Below, one piece after another: positions 41,494 through 50,793 of a stretch of DNA of 64,000 bases. The translations under genes and the position numbers were made by a program. Source of the DNA: Microcoleus sp. (GTDB lineage Bacteria; Cyanobacteriota; Cyanobacteriia; Cyanobacteriales; Microcoleaceae); NCBI GenBank assembly GCA_052279835.1, contig CP181291.1:1440001-1504000 (forward strand), read 5' to 3'. The notes beneath the pieces are model-generated. The model ran no database searches, was not told the origin of the DNA, and saw only the letters and a program-made list of their open reading frames with translations. Numbering within the stretch: the stretch's first letter is position 1; every line of letters begins with the position of its first letter.

Positions 41494-43590
41494 CTAAGCG
41501 TTAATACTCAGTTCCCGCACCAAAAAAGCCCATTCATCAGCCAATTCTTCAATCACTTTCGCCGTTGGTTTACCAGCACCGTGTCCAGCCTTAGTTTCAA
41601 TGCGAATCAACACCGGTTTTTCTCCCCCGTGCATTTCTTGCAAAGCCGAAGCAAACTTGAAACTGTGAGCGGGAACAACGCGATCGTCATGATCTGCTGT
41701 AGTAATCATCGTCGCCGGATAAGCCGTGCCCGGTTTGAGATTGTGCAAGGGAGAATAGCCGTAAATTGTGGGAAATTCTGCTGCATTTTCCGGCGAACCA
41801 TATTCGGAAGTCCAAGCCCAACCAATGGTAAACTTGTGGAACCGCAACATATCCATCACACCCACAGCGGGCAATGCTGCACCGAACAACTCAGGCCGCT
41901 GAGTCATGCAGGCTCCCACCAATAAACCACCATTACTACCACCTGCGATCGCCAATTTTGCTGGCTGAGTGTATTTATTTGCGATCAACCATTCGGCCGC
42001 GCTGATAAAATCATCAAACACATTTTGTTTGTTCAACTTCGTCCCTGCTTGGTGCCATGATTCGCCGTATTCACCACCACCCCGCAAACAAGCTGTCACA
42101 TAAACCCCACCCATCTCCAACCACACAACTCTGCTAACAGAAAAACTGGGAGTTAGGGATATGCTAAAACCACCGTAGCCATAAAGATACGTGGGGTTAT
42201 TACCATCTAGCTCCAAACCTTTTTTGTGAGTGATAAACATCGGTACTTGGGTACCATCTTTGCTGGGATAAAATACTTGCTTTGTCTCGTAATCATCCGG
42301 GTTAAAATCTACCTTTGGCTGGCGGTAAATTTTGCTCTCATCTGTCAGCATATTGTAGCTGTAAATGGTATTAGGCGTGGTAAAACTGGTGTAGGCATAA
42401 AAAGTTTCAGTTTCGTGCCGCTTACCGCCAAATCCTCCGGCTGAACCAATTCCGGGCAAAGCAATTTGTCGTACAAAGGAGCCATCTAAATTAAAGACTT
42501 TAATTTGGGTGTAGGCATCTTTGAGGTAGGAAGTAACAAATTGATTGTTGAGGAGACCAATTCCTCCAAGAGTTTCGGCTGCTTCGGGGATAATTTCTGT
42601 GAACATCCCTTGACTTTGTGCGCTGCTGAGAGAGGGCGCTGGGGGGTTGTTGATGTCGATCGCAATTACGCGGCCCAGCGGTGCATTCAAATCGGTTTTA
42701 AACCAGAAAACAGAGCCATCATTATCGATTAAACTGTACTCCGCCTCAAATTCGTTGATAAGTTCTATGACAGCGGATTCTGGGGCGGTTAAATCTTTGT
42801 AAAAAATCAGATTTTGGGGGTCAGTACCGCGCCAAACTGATATAATTAAATATTTGCCGTCTTCAGTAACGCCACCACTAAATCCCCATTCTTTTTGGTC
42901 AGGGCGATCGTAAATTAACACATCTTCCGATTGAGGAGTGCCTAGCCTGTGGTAAAACAGTTTTTGGTAATAATTAACATCTTCGTGTTTGCTTTTTTCA
43001 TTAGGTTCATCGTAGCGACTATAAAAAAAGCCTTGACCATCGTGAGTCCAAGATGCGCCGGAGAATTTGAGCCACTTCAAATGGTCTGATAAATCTGCGC
43101 CAGTTTCGACATCGCGGACTTTCCACTCTTGCCAATCAGAACCGGAAGTAGACAAACCATAGGCCATAAATTTGCCATCTTCACTAATAGCCATACCACC
43201 CAAAGCAACAGTGCCATCTTCCGACAAAGTATTCGGGTCAAGTAATACTTGCGGTTCACCATCAAGGGATGTTAAAGTATAGAGAATAGATTGATTTTGT
43301 AGACCATCATTCTTGTAATAAAAATAGCGATCGCCCTCTTTAAAAGGTATGCCATATCTTTCGTAATTCCAAAGCTGAGTCAGTCGCTGCTTAATTTTTT
43401 CCCTAGCCGGAATTTCCTGGAGATAGCCAAAAGTGACTGCGTTTTGGGCTTCCACCCAAGCCTGGGTTTCCTCAGAGTCGGGATTTTCCAGCCATCTGTA
43501 GGGGTCCGATACTGGGACACCGTGGTAGTCATCAGTTTGGTCGATTTTGCGCGTTGTGGGGTAACTTAAAGGGCGATCGAATGTAGCCAT
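41494..43590 (-). CDS. Prolyl oligopeptidase (S9A)
   Basis: DPYRWLE; catalytic GGSNGG, DHDDRV and AGHG motifs. Confidence 0.96.
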   Translation of the reverse strand: MATFDRPLSYPTTRKIDQTDDYHGVPVSDPYRWLENPDSEETQAWVEAQNAVTFGYLQEIPAREKIKQRLTQLWNYERYGIPFKEGDRYFYYKNDGLQNQSILYTLTSLDGEPQVLLDPNTLSEDGTVALGGMAISEDGKFMAYGLSTSGSDWQEWKVRDVETGADLSDHLKWLKFSGASWTHDGQGFFYSRYDEPNEKSKHEDVNYYQKLFYHRLGTPQSEDVLIYDRPDQKEWGFSGGVTEDGKYLIISVWRGTDPQNLIFYKDLTAPESAVIELINEFEAEYSLIDNDGSVFWFKTDLNAPLGRVIAIDINNPPAPSLSSAQSQGMFTEIIPEAAETLGGIGLLNNQFVTSYLKDAYTQIKVFNLDGSFVRQIALPGIGSAGGFGGKRHETETFYAYTSFTTPNTIYSYNMLTDESKIYRQPKVDFNPDDYETKQVFYPSKDGTQVPMFITHKKGLELDGNNPTYLYGYGGFSISLTPSFSVSRVVWLEMGGVYVTACLRGGGEYGESWHQAGTKLNKQNVFDDFISAAEWLIANKYTQPAKLAIAGGSNGGLLVGACMTQRPELFGAALPAVGVMDMLRFHKFTIGWAWTSEYGSPENAAEFPTIYGYSPLHNLKPGTAYPATMITTADHDDRVVPAHSFKFASALQEMHGGEKPVLIRIETKAGHGAGKPTAKVIEELADEWAFLVRELSINA

Positions 43591-43711
43591 GATTTTTTAC
43601 TTTTGGTAACTTTGCTTAGTTTAACTTTGAATTTGACCAATTATAAACTCTTCTCTTTCTGCCTTCGTGTCCTTCGCGTCTTCGCGGTTCGTTTCTCTTA
43701 CCCATATTCAA

Positions 43712-44305
43712 CTAATCAAACTCCCTCCTTCCCTCCAAAGCGCGGGCCAAAGTCACCTCATCAGCATACTCCAAATCTCCCCCCATCGGCAAACCAAAAG
43801 CAATGCGAGTCACCCGTGTAAAAGGCTTCAATAAACGGCCAATATAAAGCGTAGTCGTCTCACCTTCCACACTCGGACTAATCGCAATAATTACCTCTTC
43901 AATCTTTTGTTGACTAACGCGCCTGACTAATGGTTGAATATTCAATTGTTCCGGACCAATTCCATCCATGGGCGAGATGACACCGCCGATAACATGATAT
44001 TTACCTCCGTATTCCCGTGTTTTTTCCAACGCAATCACATCGCGGGATTCAGAGACTACGCAAATGGTAGAATTGTCACGGTTGGGATTGTGACAAATTT
44101 CGCAAACAGGTTCAGCAGATAAGTGAAAGCACACTTGACAAAATCCTACCTGCTGTTTGGCATCAATTAAGGATTGAGCCAGGGTTTGCACTTCTTCATA
44201 GGGTCGTTTGAGAATATGTAATGCGAGTCTCTGGGCACTTTTTGGACCGATTCCTGGCAAGCGCTGCAATTGTTCGATCAAGCGGGCTAAGGGTCTAGTA
44301 TACAT
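43712..44305 (-). CDS. recR: Recombination mediator RecR
   Basis: [11 protein letters not shown]hH, C4 zinc finger, Toprim region, GGDLEYAD. Confidence 0.98.
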   Translation of the reverse strand: MYTRPLARLIEQLQRLPGIGPKSAQRLALHILKRPYEEVQTLAQSLIDAKQQVGFCQVCFHLSAEPVCEICHNPNRDNSTICVVSESRDVIALEKTREYGGKYHVIGGVISPMDGIGPEQLNIQPLVRRVSQQKIEEVIIAISPSVEGETTTLYIGRLLKPFTRVTRIAFGLPMGGDLEYADEVTLARALEGRREFD

Positions 44306-44368
44306 TAAACTCGGCGGTAATTTGTAAGATCATTTCCGGTGGATTGGTTCTTGTATAATTTGCGCAAT

Positions 44369-44436
44369 GTAGGGGCGGGTTTTACCAACAATCTCTGTTG
44401 ACAACTAATTATCTCATAAATCCGCCCCGCCCCTAC
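44369..44436. repeat. GTAG-family REP-like element
   Basis: GTAGGGGCGGG...CCGCCCCTAC inverted arms. Confidence 0.75.
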
Positions 44437-44440
44437 TAAT

Positions 44441-44809
44441 TTACCCTCCACTAATTTTAGCTTTATAGCCTAATTTTGTGATAATTTCGAGCAGTTTTTG
44501 CTTGTGTTCGCCTTGAATTTCGATTTCACGATCTTTGACAGTGCCGCCAGTGCCGCACTGGGCTTTTAGCTGCTTTGCTAAATCTGCTAAGGTTTCGGGT
44601 TTTGCTTGAAATCCGCTGATGACTGTTACTGTTTTGCCGCCTCGTCCTTTTCGGGATGCTTCGATTTTGAGGTTTTGTTGATTTGGGGGGATTTCTTGTA
44701 TGCCTCGTTGGAGGGCTGCGGAGTTGTCTATATTGCCAAATTCGGAGTAAACTATTCGTTTACCGTCGGTCGTTTGGCTGTCATATTTTTTGCGTTTGGA
44801 TGCTGCCAT
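44441..44809 (-). CDS. Translation initiation factor SUI1/YciH family
   Basis: RKGRGGKTVT, LKAQCGTGGTVK, IEIQG. Confidence 0.93.
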   Translation of the reverse strand: MAASKRKKYDSQTTDGKRIVYSEFGNIDNSAALQRGIQEIPPNQQNLKIEASRKGRGGKTVTVISGFQAKPETLADLAKQLKAQCGTGGTVKDREIEIQGEHKQKLLEIITKLGYKAKISGG

Positions 44810-44895
44810 ATGTTATAATGAATGAAGTTTTTTACGGTTATTTCTAGTTTTAAGGGATTGGTGTAAGGTTGCGATCGCTCGTTTAGATTTTGATA

Positions 44896-45696
44896 TTATC
44901 GATCGCTTGTGAGTGTTGCGGGTAAAGGCGATCGCTCTTGAATCGGATAGCGACCTTGGGCGATCTTTTGTGTTAACGTTAAACTGCGATCGCCTGGTGC
45001 TGGATGAGTCGATAACAAAGCAATATCTAAACCAGATTGTCGCGCTAATCGCTGGAAAAAGTCTGCTGCGCCTGCCGCGTGCCCGTAATGAGCAACCAAG
45101 AGTTGTAAGCCAAATTCATCGGCTTGGGCTTCCTGACTGCGCGAAAATTGGGCTTTGCTTAAATGGGAAGCGATCGCCGTGGCAACATTCACCAACCCAC
45201 CTCCATCGCCTGCAAACACCGCTACCACAAATTGTAGCGCCAATCCCCGTCCAATTCCCCGCAAATGATCGCGATGGGCGAAATGACCCAACTCATGACC
45301 TAAGATCATCATCAACTCGTTTTCCGATTCCAATTGCTGTATTAAACCCCGATAAACAACAATTGTATCTCCAGGTAAGGCTAGCGCGTTTACAGTATCA
45401 TCGGGAATGTAAATTAGGCGATAATTGCGATCGATATTTTTTTGTTTAGGTAGTTTAGTTTCCAGGCGATCGAGAAGTTGATTGAGGGTATCTTGTGCTG
45501 GAGAAGATTGGGCAAGACGTTCGTAAGCTGGGATAACTAACGCCCCCAAACGCTGTTCGAGTTCGGGGGGAATTAATAAAATCAGCCCATCTACCAGTTT
45601 GATACTTCCCCAAATCAATAAACATCCTAATGCTAAAAAAATTCCTAATAAGGTTAGCAGTTGCCTATTACTTGTGGGTGGATTGCGATCGGTCAT
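44896..45696 (-). CDS. M48 family metallopeptidase
   Basis: N-terminal TM; NALALPG, HELGH, SRSQEAQAD and STHP motifs. Confidence 0.92.
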   Translation of the reverse strand: MTDRNPPTSNRQLLTLLGIFLALGCLLIWGSIKLVDGLILLIPPELEQRLGALVIPAYERLAQSSPAQDTLNQLLDRLETKLPKQKNIDRNYRLIYIPDDTVNALALPGDTIVVYRGLIQQLESENELMMILGHELGHFAHRDHLRGIGRGLALQFVVAVFAGDGGGLVNVATAIASHLSKAQFSRSQEAQADEFGLQLLVAHYGHAAGAADFFQRLARQSGLDIALLSTHPAPGDRSLTLTQKIAQGRYPIQERSPLPATLTSDR

Positions 45697-45771
45697 AATT
45701 TTTTTCAATTATTGTATGATGGTAAAATGCGTTGCGATCGTTTAACGCATCCTACAAGTTATATAACCGAA

Positions 45772-46467
45772 CTAATTGTTCTTTGTCGGTCGGAAGGGAT
45801 TTAAAAAATTAATCAGAGGAAACAGGTTGCGAGACTGTATCCACAGTTTCCCCTCTCCACTGAAGCGACAAACTAAGCCTTCTCCACCTAAAATTCCCGT
45901 TCTCAAGTTTTTCCAGGATAGTCCGCCCATGACTTCAACATTATACTTCAGCGTATCCTCAAAGGCGACGATATAACCGGTGTCTACGATATAACTTCCC
46001 TTGACTGGAATTTCCAGGATTGCGCCATAGGAATTAAACCAGATATCGCCTTGTCCAGTTGCTTTCAGAAAAAACAATGATTCGCCGCTAAAGAAACCTT
46101 TTAATCCCTGAAATTTAGTATCAAGTTCTACCGTAGAACTCGATGCCACAAAAGCAGAAGATTGCAGCATCAAACTATTTCCATTGAGGTGATAATGTTG
46201 AATATCCCCGGGAACTCCAGGGGAAACGTAAAGTGTTCCAGGACGTTCGGGTGCAGTAAATTCGCTGATAAACAAAGACTCACCTGCTAACATTCGCGTG
46301 AGGCCTTTCATTAAACCTCCTTTGACTTTTGATTTCAGGGTGATGTGACTATCCATCGCTGCCATGCCCGAAGATTCTACCAAGACCGTTTTGTTGGCAG
46401 GAATTTTGAGTTGTAGTTGGGCATAGGATGGAGAATGTTCGATTGTATATGAGATCTTGCTAGGCAT
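45772..46467 (-). CDS. TIGR00266/AIM24 family protein
   Basis: ESSGMAAM, AGESLF, VDTGYIVAFE, GGEGLV. The ORF-track extension upstream is STRR-derived. Confidence 0.9.
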   Translation of the reverse strand: MPSKISYTIEHSPSYAQLQLKIPANKTVLVESSGMAAMDSHITLKSKVKGGLMKGLTRMLAGESLFISEFTAPERPGTLYVSPGVPGDIQHYHLNGNSLMLQSSAFVASSSTVELDTKFQGLKGFFSGESLFFLKATGQGDIWFNSYGAILEIPVKGSYIVDTGYIVAFEDTLKYNVEVMGGLSWKNLRTGILGGEGLVCRFSGEGKLWIQSRNLFPLINFLNPFRPTKNN

Positions 46468-46640
46468 ATAAAGTTGATAGTTTACAGTGGGCAGTGGGCA
46501 GTGGGCAGTTGGCAGTTGATAGCTCAATAACGTTCAGTTAGAATTGTCCTAGCGAGGAAGGCTATACATGAATGCGATGTTTTATGAAAGAAATTTCCGT
46601 TTCTATTTTGCATATCGCTGTCTCCCAGCCTCCATTCTTG

Positions 46641-47321
46641 CTACCTGGGAGGTAAACGACTGCCGACGGCTTGACCGAATGCTGTGGTATTGTGGGTTTG
46701 GCAGAACAGGCGACCCTTACCTTTAAATCGACAAACTAAACCTTCTCCACCGAGAAATGCACTCAACCAACTACTTCCTGGAGGTTTAGTAATTTCAAAC
46801 TTTAAACTTTTCTCAAAGGCAACAATATGACCTGTATCAACAATGTATTCTCCTTTGACTGGAACTTCGTAAATTGCGCCGAAGGAACTTAATAGTACGT
46901 CTCCTTGACCCCCCATATCTAGCCAGAAGATACTTTCTCCAGAAAACATCGATTTGAAGCCTTGAAAACCCAAGTCAATATTGACATCTGATGTGCTAGC
47001 TAAATAAGAACCTGCTTGTACTACTAAGCCACTTTTGCCCATTTGATAGTGCAGCATATCGCCCAACATTTTGGGCGCTAAAAACAATGTATTTTCGGGT
47101 GTTGGCGATCGAAAGACACTTAAAAATAGTGACTCTCCCGCAATCATTCGTTTGAGTCCGCCGAGAATACCGCCACCTTTGCCTTGGCGCAATGTCGTAC
47201 TTGCTTGTAGATTGCCACTCATTGCCACCATTGCACCTGCCTCGGCAACGATTTCTTCACCTGCATTTAGAGTGATACGGGCGATCGTGCTGTCGGGTTG
47301 TTGTAAAAGTTCAATTTTCAT
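46641..47321 (-). CDS. TIGR00266/AIM24 family protein
   Basis: AEAGAMVAM, AGESLF, VDTGHIVAFE, GGEGLV. Confidence 0.9.
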   Translation of the reverse strand: MKIELLQQPDSTIARITLNAGEEIVAEAGAMVAMSGNLQASTTLRQGKGGGILGGLKRMIAGESLFLSVFRSPTPENTLFLAPKMLGDMLHYQMGKSGLVVQAGSYLASTSDVNIDLGFQGFKSMFSGESIFWLDMGGQGDVLLSSFGAIYEVPVKGEYIVDTGHIVAFEKSLKFEITKPPGSSWLSAFLGGEGLVCRFKGKGRLFCQTHNTTAFGQAVGSRLPPR

Positions 47322-47357
47322 ATTCGGTAGTAGGTAATAGATATATTCGCTCGCAAC

Positions 47358-48017
47358 TCAAACTTTACTTGATAAAAATTGCACCAAACCATCGATACTT
47401 CTGGATTGCAAGTAAATCGTTCCCTTGCCCGTCACTTTATTCACAAACCCTTCCCCGGATGTAATCGAACCTAATAATCCGCCTGCCATTTTTACCGACA
47501 TTTTCATTCCCGATTCGTAAGCTACTAAATGCCCTGTATCGACAATGAAGTCTCCATTAATTTTCTTGCTAGTCAAACCACCATAGGCACCAAAAAATAC
47601 TGTTCCCTGTCCGCTGGCTTGCAATTTAAATAAACCTTCTCCCGAAAACCAACTTGCCAATCCAGCCCAGCGCACGCCTAATTTGATATCGGGGGTACTA
47701 GCAATATAAGCACCGGGTTGAAAGCACAGGTTATTTTCGTAGACTTGAGCTTCAGCAATATCTCCGATTGTCGATTGAGAAAGAACGACTTGGAGAGACT
47801 GCCGTGTTGGATTAGTAAATCGATTGACGAACAGCGATTCACCACCAAAAAACTTTTTCAATAGACCTGACAAAAAACCTCCATTAAATTCTGTTTTCAT
47901 CGTGAGTGCTGCATCCATTGCTATCATCGCTCCTGATTCAGCAATAATGCTTTCTCCAGGTTCAAGAGTCAGAAAAATTGTGGCAAAGGAAGGTTTATAA
48001 CGAATATCGATATCCAC
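47358..48017 (-). CDS. TIGR00266/AIM24 family protein
   Basis: AESGAMIAM, GGESLF, VDTGHLVAYE, SGEGFV; GTG start. Confidence 0.9.
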   Translation of the reverse strand: MDIDIRYKPSFATIFLTLEPGESIIAESGAMIAMDAALTMKTEFNGGFLSGLLKKFFGGESLFVNRFTNPTRQSLQVVLSQSTIGDIAEAQVYENNLCFQPGAYIASTPDIKLGVRWAGLASWFSGEGLFKLQASGQGTVFFGAYGGLTSKKINGDFIVDTGHLVAYESGMKMSVKMAGGLLGSITSGEGFVNKVTGKGTIYLQSRSIDGLVQFLSSKV

Positions 48018-48196
48018 GATTTTGGTTTCCTGTTTGGTAACAATAAGTGAAACAAGTGAGATGTGCTAAGAGTAAAATTGTAGGTCTCTGCTTTGATTTT
48101 ACTATGATTGACTGAGCCAACTGTTGCGTTCTTCAATAAATTTAACATATCACATAAATGTGAAGGAGTATTCGACTGACTATGAAACAACTGAAA

Positions 48197-48562
48197 ATGC
48201 CTACCAGCGATAGCTACTACGAGTACCTAATTGAATCTCTGAAAGATGCGGAACACGCTGGTGATTTTATCGGGGCTATCTTGGAAGAGAAAGATGCTGA
48301 ACCTGAATTGCTCAGAAATGTAATTAGAAAGGTAATTGAGGCTCGAAGCAGGATGAATGCTCTTTCGGATTCGGCTAAAGAGTATCATGAAAGACTTGAC
48401 AAAATGTTAACAGTAAGTTCTGGTTCGGAAATTTACTGTTTTGTAGAGTTGCTGGAAGCGTTGGGGTTTAAATTAGGAATTACTGTGGAAGATGGTGAGT
48501 TGTCTGCTGAATGTACTGCTAATCGCCCTATTATTGTAGGAATTGGCGATCGACTGTGGTAA
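48197..48562 (+). CDS. Addiction-module antidote (antitoxin), copy 1
   Basis: YLIESLKD...AILEE...LLEALGFKL; close paralog of 48898..49266. Confidence 0.8.
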   Translation: MPTSDSYYEYLIESLKDAEHAGDFIGAILEEKDAEPELLRNVIRKVIEARSRMNALSDSAKEYHERLDKMLTVSSGSEIYCFVELLEALGFKLGITVEDGELSAECTANRPIIVGIGDRLW

Positions 48563-48566
48563 AATT

Positions 48567-48905
48567 ATGGAAGTACAGCCCAGGGAAATTCGACGTTACA
48601 CTACAGCAGAGGGTAGAGCGCCATTTACTGAGTGGCTTGATTCCCTGCGCGATCGGAATGTTAGAGTTAGAATTAAGTCTAGGCTTGACCGAGTTGAGCA
48701 AGGTAATCTCGGAGATTTTAAGTCGGTGGGAGAAGGAGTTTTTGAACTCAGAATTAATTATGGCCCAGGCTACCGCGTCTACTTCGGACAAGTTGGTTTG
48801 ACAATTGTGGTAATCCTCATAGCTGGGGATAAAAGCACCCAAGCACAAAATATTCAACAAGCTATAGAATACTGGAAAGATTATGAACAATGTGAAAATG
48901 TCTAG
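48567..48905 (+). CDS. Type II TA RelE/ParE-family toxin (addiction-module killer, HI1419-like)
   Basis: PFTEWLDSLRD, GNLGDFKSVGEGVFELRINYGPGYRVYF, GDKSTQ. Confidence 0.93.
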   Translation: MEVQPREIRRYTTAEGRAPFTEWLDSLRDRNVRVRIKSRLDRVEQGNLGDFKSVGEGVFELRINYGPGYRVYFGQVGLTIVVILIAGDKSTQAQNIQQAIEYWKDYEQCENV

Positions 48906-49266
48906 GAGTGATAGCTACCGCGAGTACCTGATTGAATCTCTGAAAGAGCCGGAAGAATCTGCTGGGTATCTTGAGGCTATATTGGAAGAGAAAGATGCTG
49001 AACCTGAATTGCTCAGAAATGCAATTAGAAAGGTGATTGAGGCTCGAATCAGGATGAATGCTTTTTCGGATGCGGCTAAGCAGTATCATGAAAGGCTTGA
49101 TAAAATGTTAACAGCAAGTTCAGGTTCGGAAATTTACTGTTTTGTAGAGTTGCTTGAAGCCTTGGGGTTTAAATTAGGAATTACTGTCGAAGATGGTGAG
49201 TTGGGCGCTGAGTCGGAATCGATGATTGAGGAATCAAATTTATCGCGGGAAACAGCTAATTTATAG
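48898..49266 (+). CDS. Addiction-module antidote (antitoxin), copy 2 (probable cognate)
   Basis: Start overlaps the toxin stop; LKEPEESAGYLEAILEE motif. Confidence 0.85.
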   Translation: MSRSDSYREYLIESLKEPEESAGYLEAILEEKDAEPELLRNAIRKVIEARIRMNAFSDAAKQYHERLDKMLTASSGSEIYCFVELLEALGFKLGITVEDGELGAESESMIEESNLSRETANL

Positions 49267-49320
49267 CTGATTGTAGCTTTTTATAGATCGCACATGAGGT
49301 TAATCTAGATTATCGGTTGT

Positions 49321-49453
49321 GTGGGGGCGGGTTTATCTAAATTGTTTGTTGGTATTAAATATTATTCGTAAAACCCGCCCCTACAGGTCATCGTAGGGGC
49401 GGGTTTTACAAATAATCTACGTCGGAAACCAAAAATATAATAAACCCGCCCCC
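49321..49453. repeat. Back-to-back GTAG-family REP doublet
   Basis: GGGGCGGGTTT...AAACCCGCCCCTAC then GTAGGGGCGGGTTTT...AAACCCGCCCC. Confidence 0.85.
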
Positions 49454-49506
49454 GCCCAAGGACAAAATTGCTTTGGATTAGCAAGAACAGAATTTATAAT
49501 TGTTAA

Positions 49507-50543
49507 GTTTCCATTCAATTAGTTTCCCCAGCGAGTGGGGACACTTTGATGTGGTGTAGTTTGACTAAATCTTGGCAGTTAAAAAGCAGACGTTTCCATT
49601 CAATTAGTTTCCCCAGCGAGTGGGGACACTAATCGAGAAAACACCTGAATAATTTGGAGAAATGCATCATGGTTTCCATTCAATTAGTTTCCCCAGCGAG
49701 TGGGGACAAGTTAAGAACAAGATTCTAGGCACTCTTGATACAACGCCGGAGTTTCCATTCAATTAGTTTCCCCAGCGAGTGGGGACTTATCCCGACATTC
49801 CCCTGGCGACTTGGAGGTTTTGGCGTTTCCATTCAATTAGTTTCCCCAGCGAGTGGGGACGGAATGCCCGGTGATGCTAATGAGTACGCGATCGCCCAGT
49901 TTCCATTCAATTAGTTTCCCCAGCGAGTGGGGACGTTAGATGATAATGGGGATGAGTTTATTGGGTATGGCGACAGAAGTTTCCATTCAATTAGTTTCCC
50001 CAGCGAGTGGGGACTTACGGAGTTACCATGAATTCTAACCAAGTTTTGACCCTTGAAAAGTTTCCATTCAATTAGTTTCCCCAGCGAGTGGGGACTAAAG
50101 GTCAGTAGAAATATCTAAGAGAGTAGTTTTACGATGTTTCCATTCAATTAGTTTCCCCAGCGAGTGGGGACGGCACAAAATGTAAGCATCTAACAACATC
50201 GTGGCACTGTTTTTGCGAGTTTCCATTCAATTAGTTTCCCCAGCGAGTGGGGACACCTCGGGGAAGAACTCACGGCGCAGCGTGAGCCGTTTCCATTCAA
50301 TTAGTTTCCCCAGCGAGTGGGGACTCCACACAAATTCCTTACAAGCAAGTCCCGTGTTGATTAGTTTCCATTCAATTAGTTTCCCCAGCGAGTGGGGACA
50401 ACTTGCTTTCAATGCTTGGATTTACAATGTTTCAGTTTCCATTCAATTAGTTTCCCCAGCGAGTGGGGACATCTATGAAATCGTTCAAGGTTTAAAAAGA
50501 TTGCAACGTTTCCATTCAATTAGTTTCCCCAGCGAGTGGGGAC
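49507..50543 (-). CRISPR. CRISPR array: 14 identical 36-bp repeats, 13 spacers of 34-49 bp; no cas genes in window
   Basis: Repeat GTTTCCATTCAATTAGTTTCCCCAGCGAGTGGGGAC (minus strand GTCCCCACTCGCTGGGGAAACTAATTGAATGGAAAC) starts at 49507, 49592, 49672, 49751, 49825, 49899, 49979, 50060, 50136, 50219, 50289, 50364, 50435 and 50508. Orientation inferred from the 3' GAAAC end and the leader position. Confidence 0.99.
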
Positions 50544-50725
50544 CCCTCGATTATAAACCCCATACAGCGCAATGTGTCCAGAGGCCGTTTGCGAAGGATA
50601 GCAAATTTGTACCTCCAAACAAGCTCTCATCCACAGAAAAAATCGCTGAAACCCTTACAGGGCAATATATCGAAGGATAAAACCAACTTCCGCCATCCCA
50701 GCGATTTTGTGCAGCCCTCGCAAAA
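50544..50725 (-). promoter_or_regulatory. Putative CRISPR leader with nested inverted motifs
   Basis: TTTGCGAAGG (50588) / CCCTCGCAAA (50715) and AAAATCGCTG (50639) / CAGCGATTTT (50699). Confidence 0.65.
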
Positions 50726-50793
50726 TTACCCGATCGCCCACAACCCCATCGACTCGATATAATAAAATCTGTCCCATTATCCCCACAAAGTCC

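Noticed and set aside
41494..43590. Prolyl oligopeptidase as a RiPP macrocyclase
   Set aside because: No precursor or modification genes nearby; housekeeping context next to recR.
48197..49266. Antitoxin duplicates as a DGR template/variable pair
   Set aside because: Differences are not adenine-specific and there is no reverse transcriptase in the window.
48100..49510. CRISPR-regulated toxin-antitoxin (CreTA-like) control of the adjacent toxin
   Set aside because: By eye, no spacer or degenerate mini-repeat matches the TA genes or their upstream region, and the module has protein antitoxins. A computational partial-match search is needed to exclude it fully.
50201..50680. 159-aa ORF with repeated VSIQLVSPASGD / FHSISFPSEWG
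   Set aside because: Read-through of CRISPR repeats.
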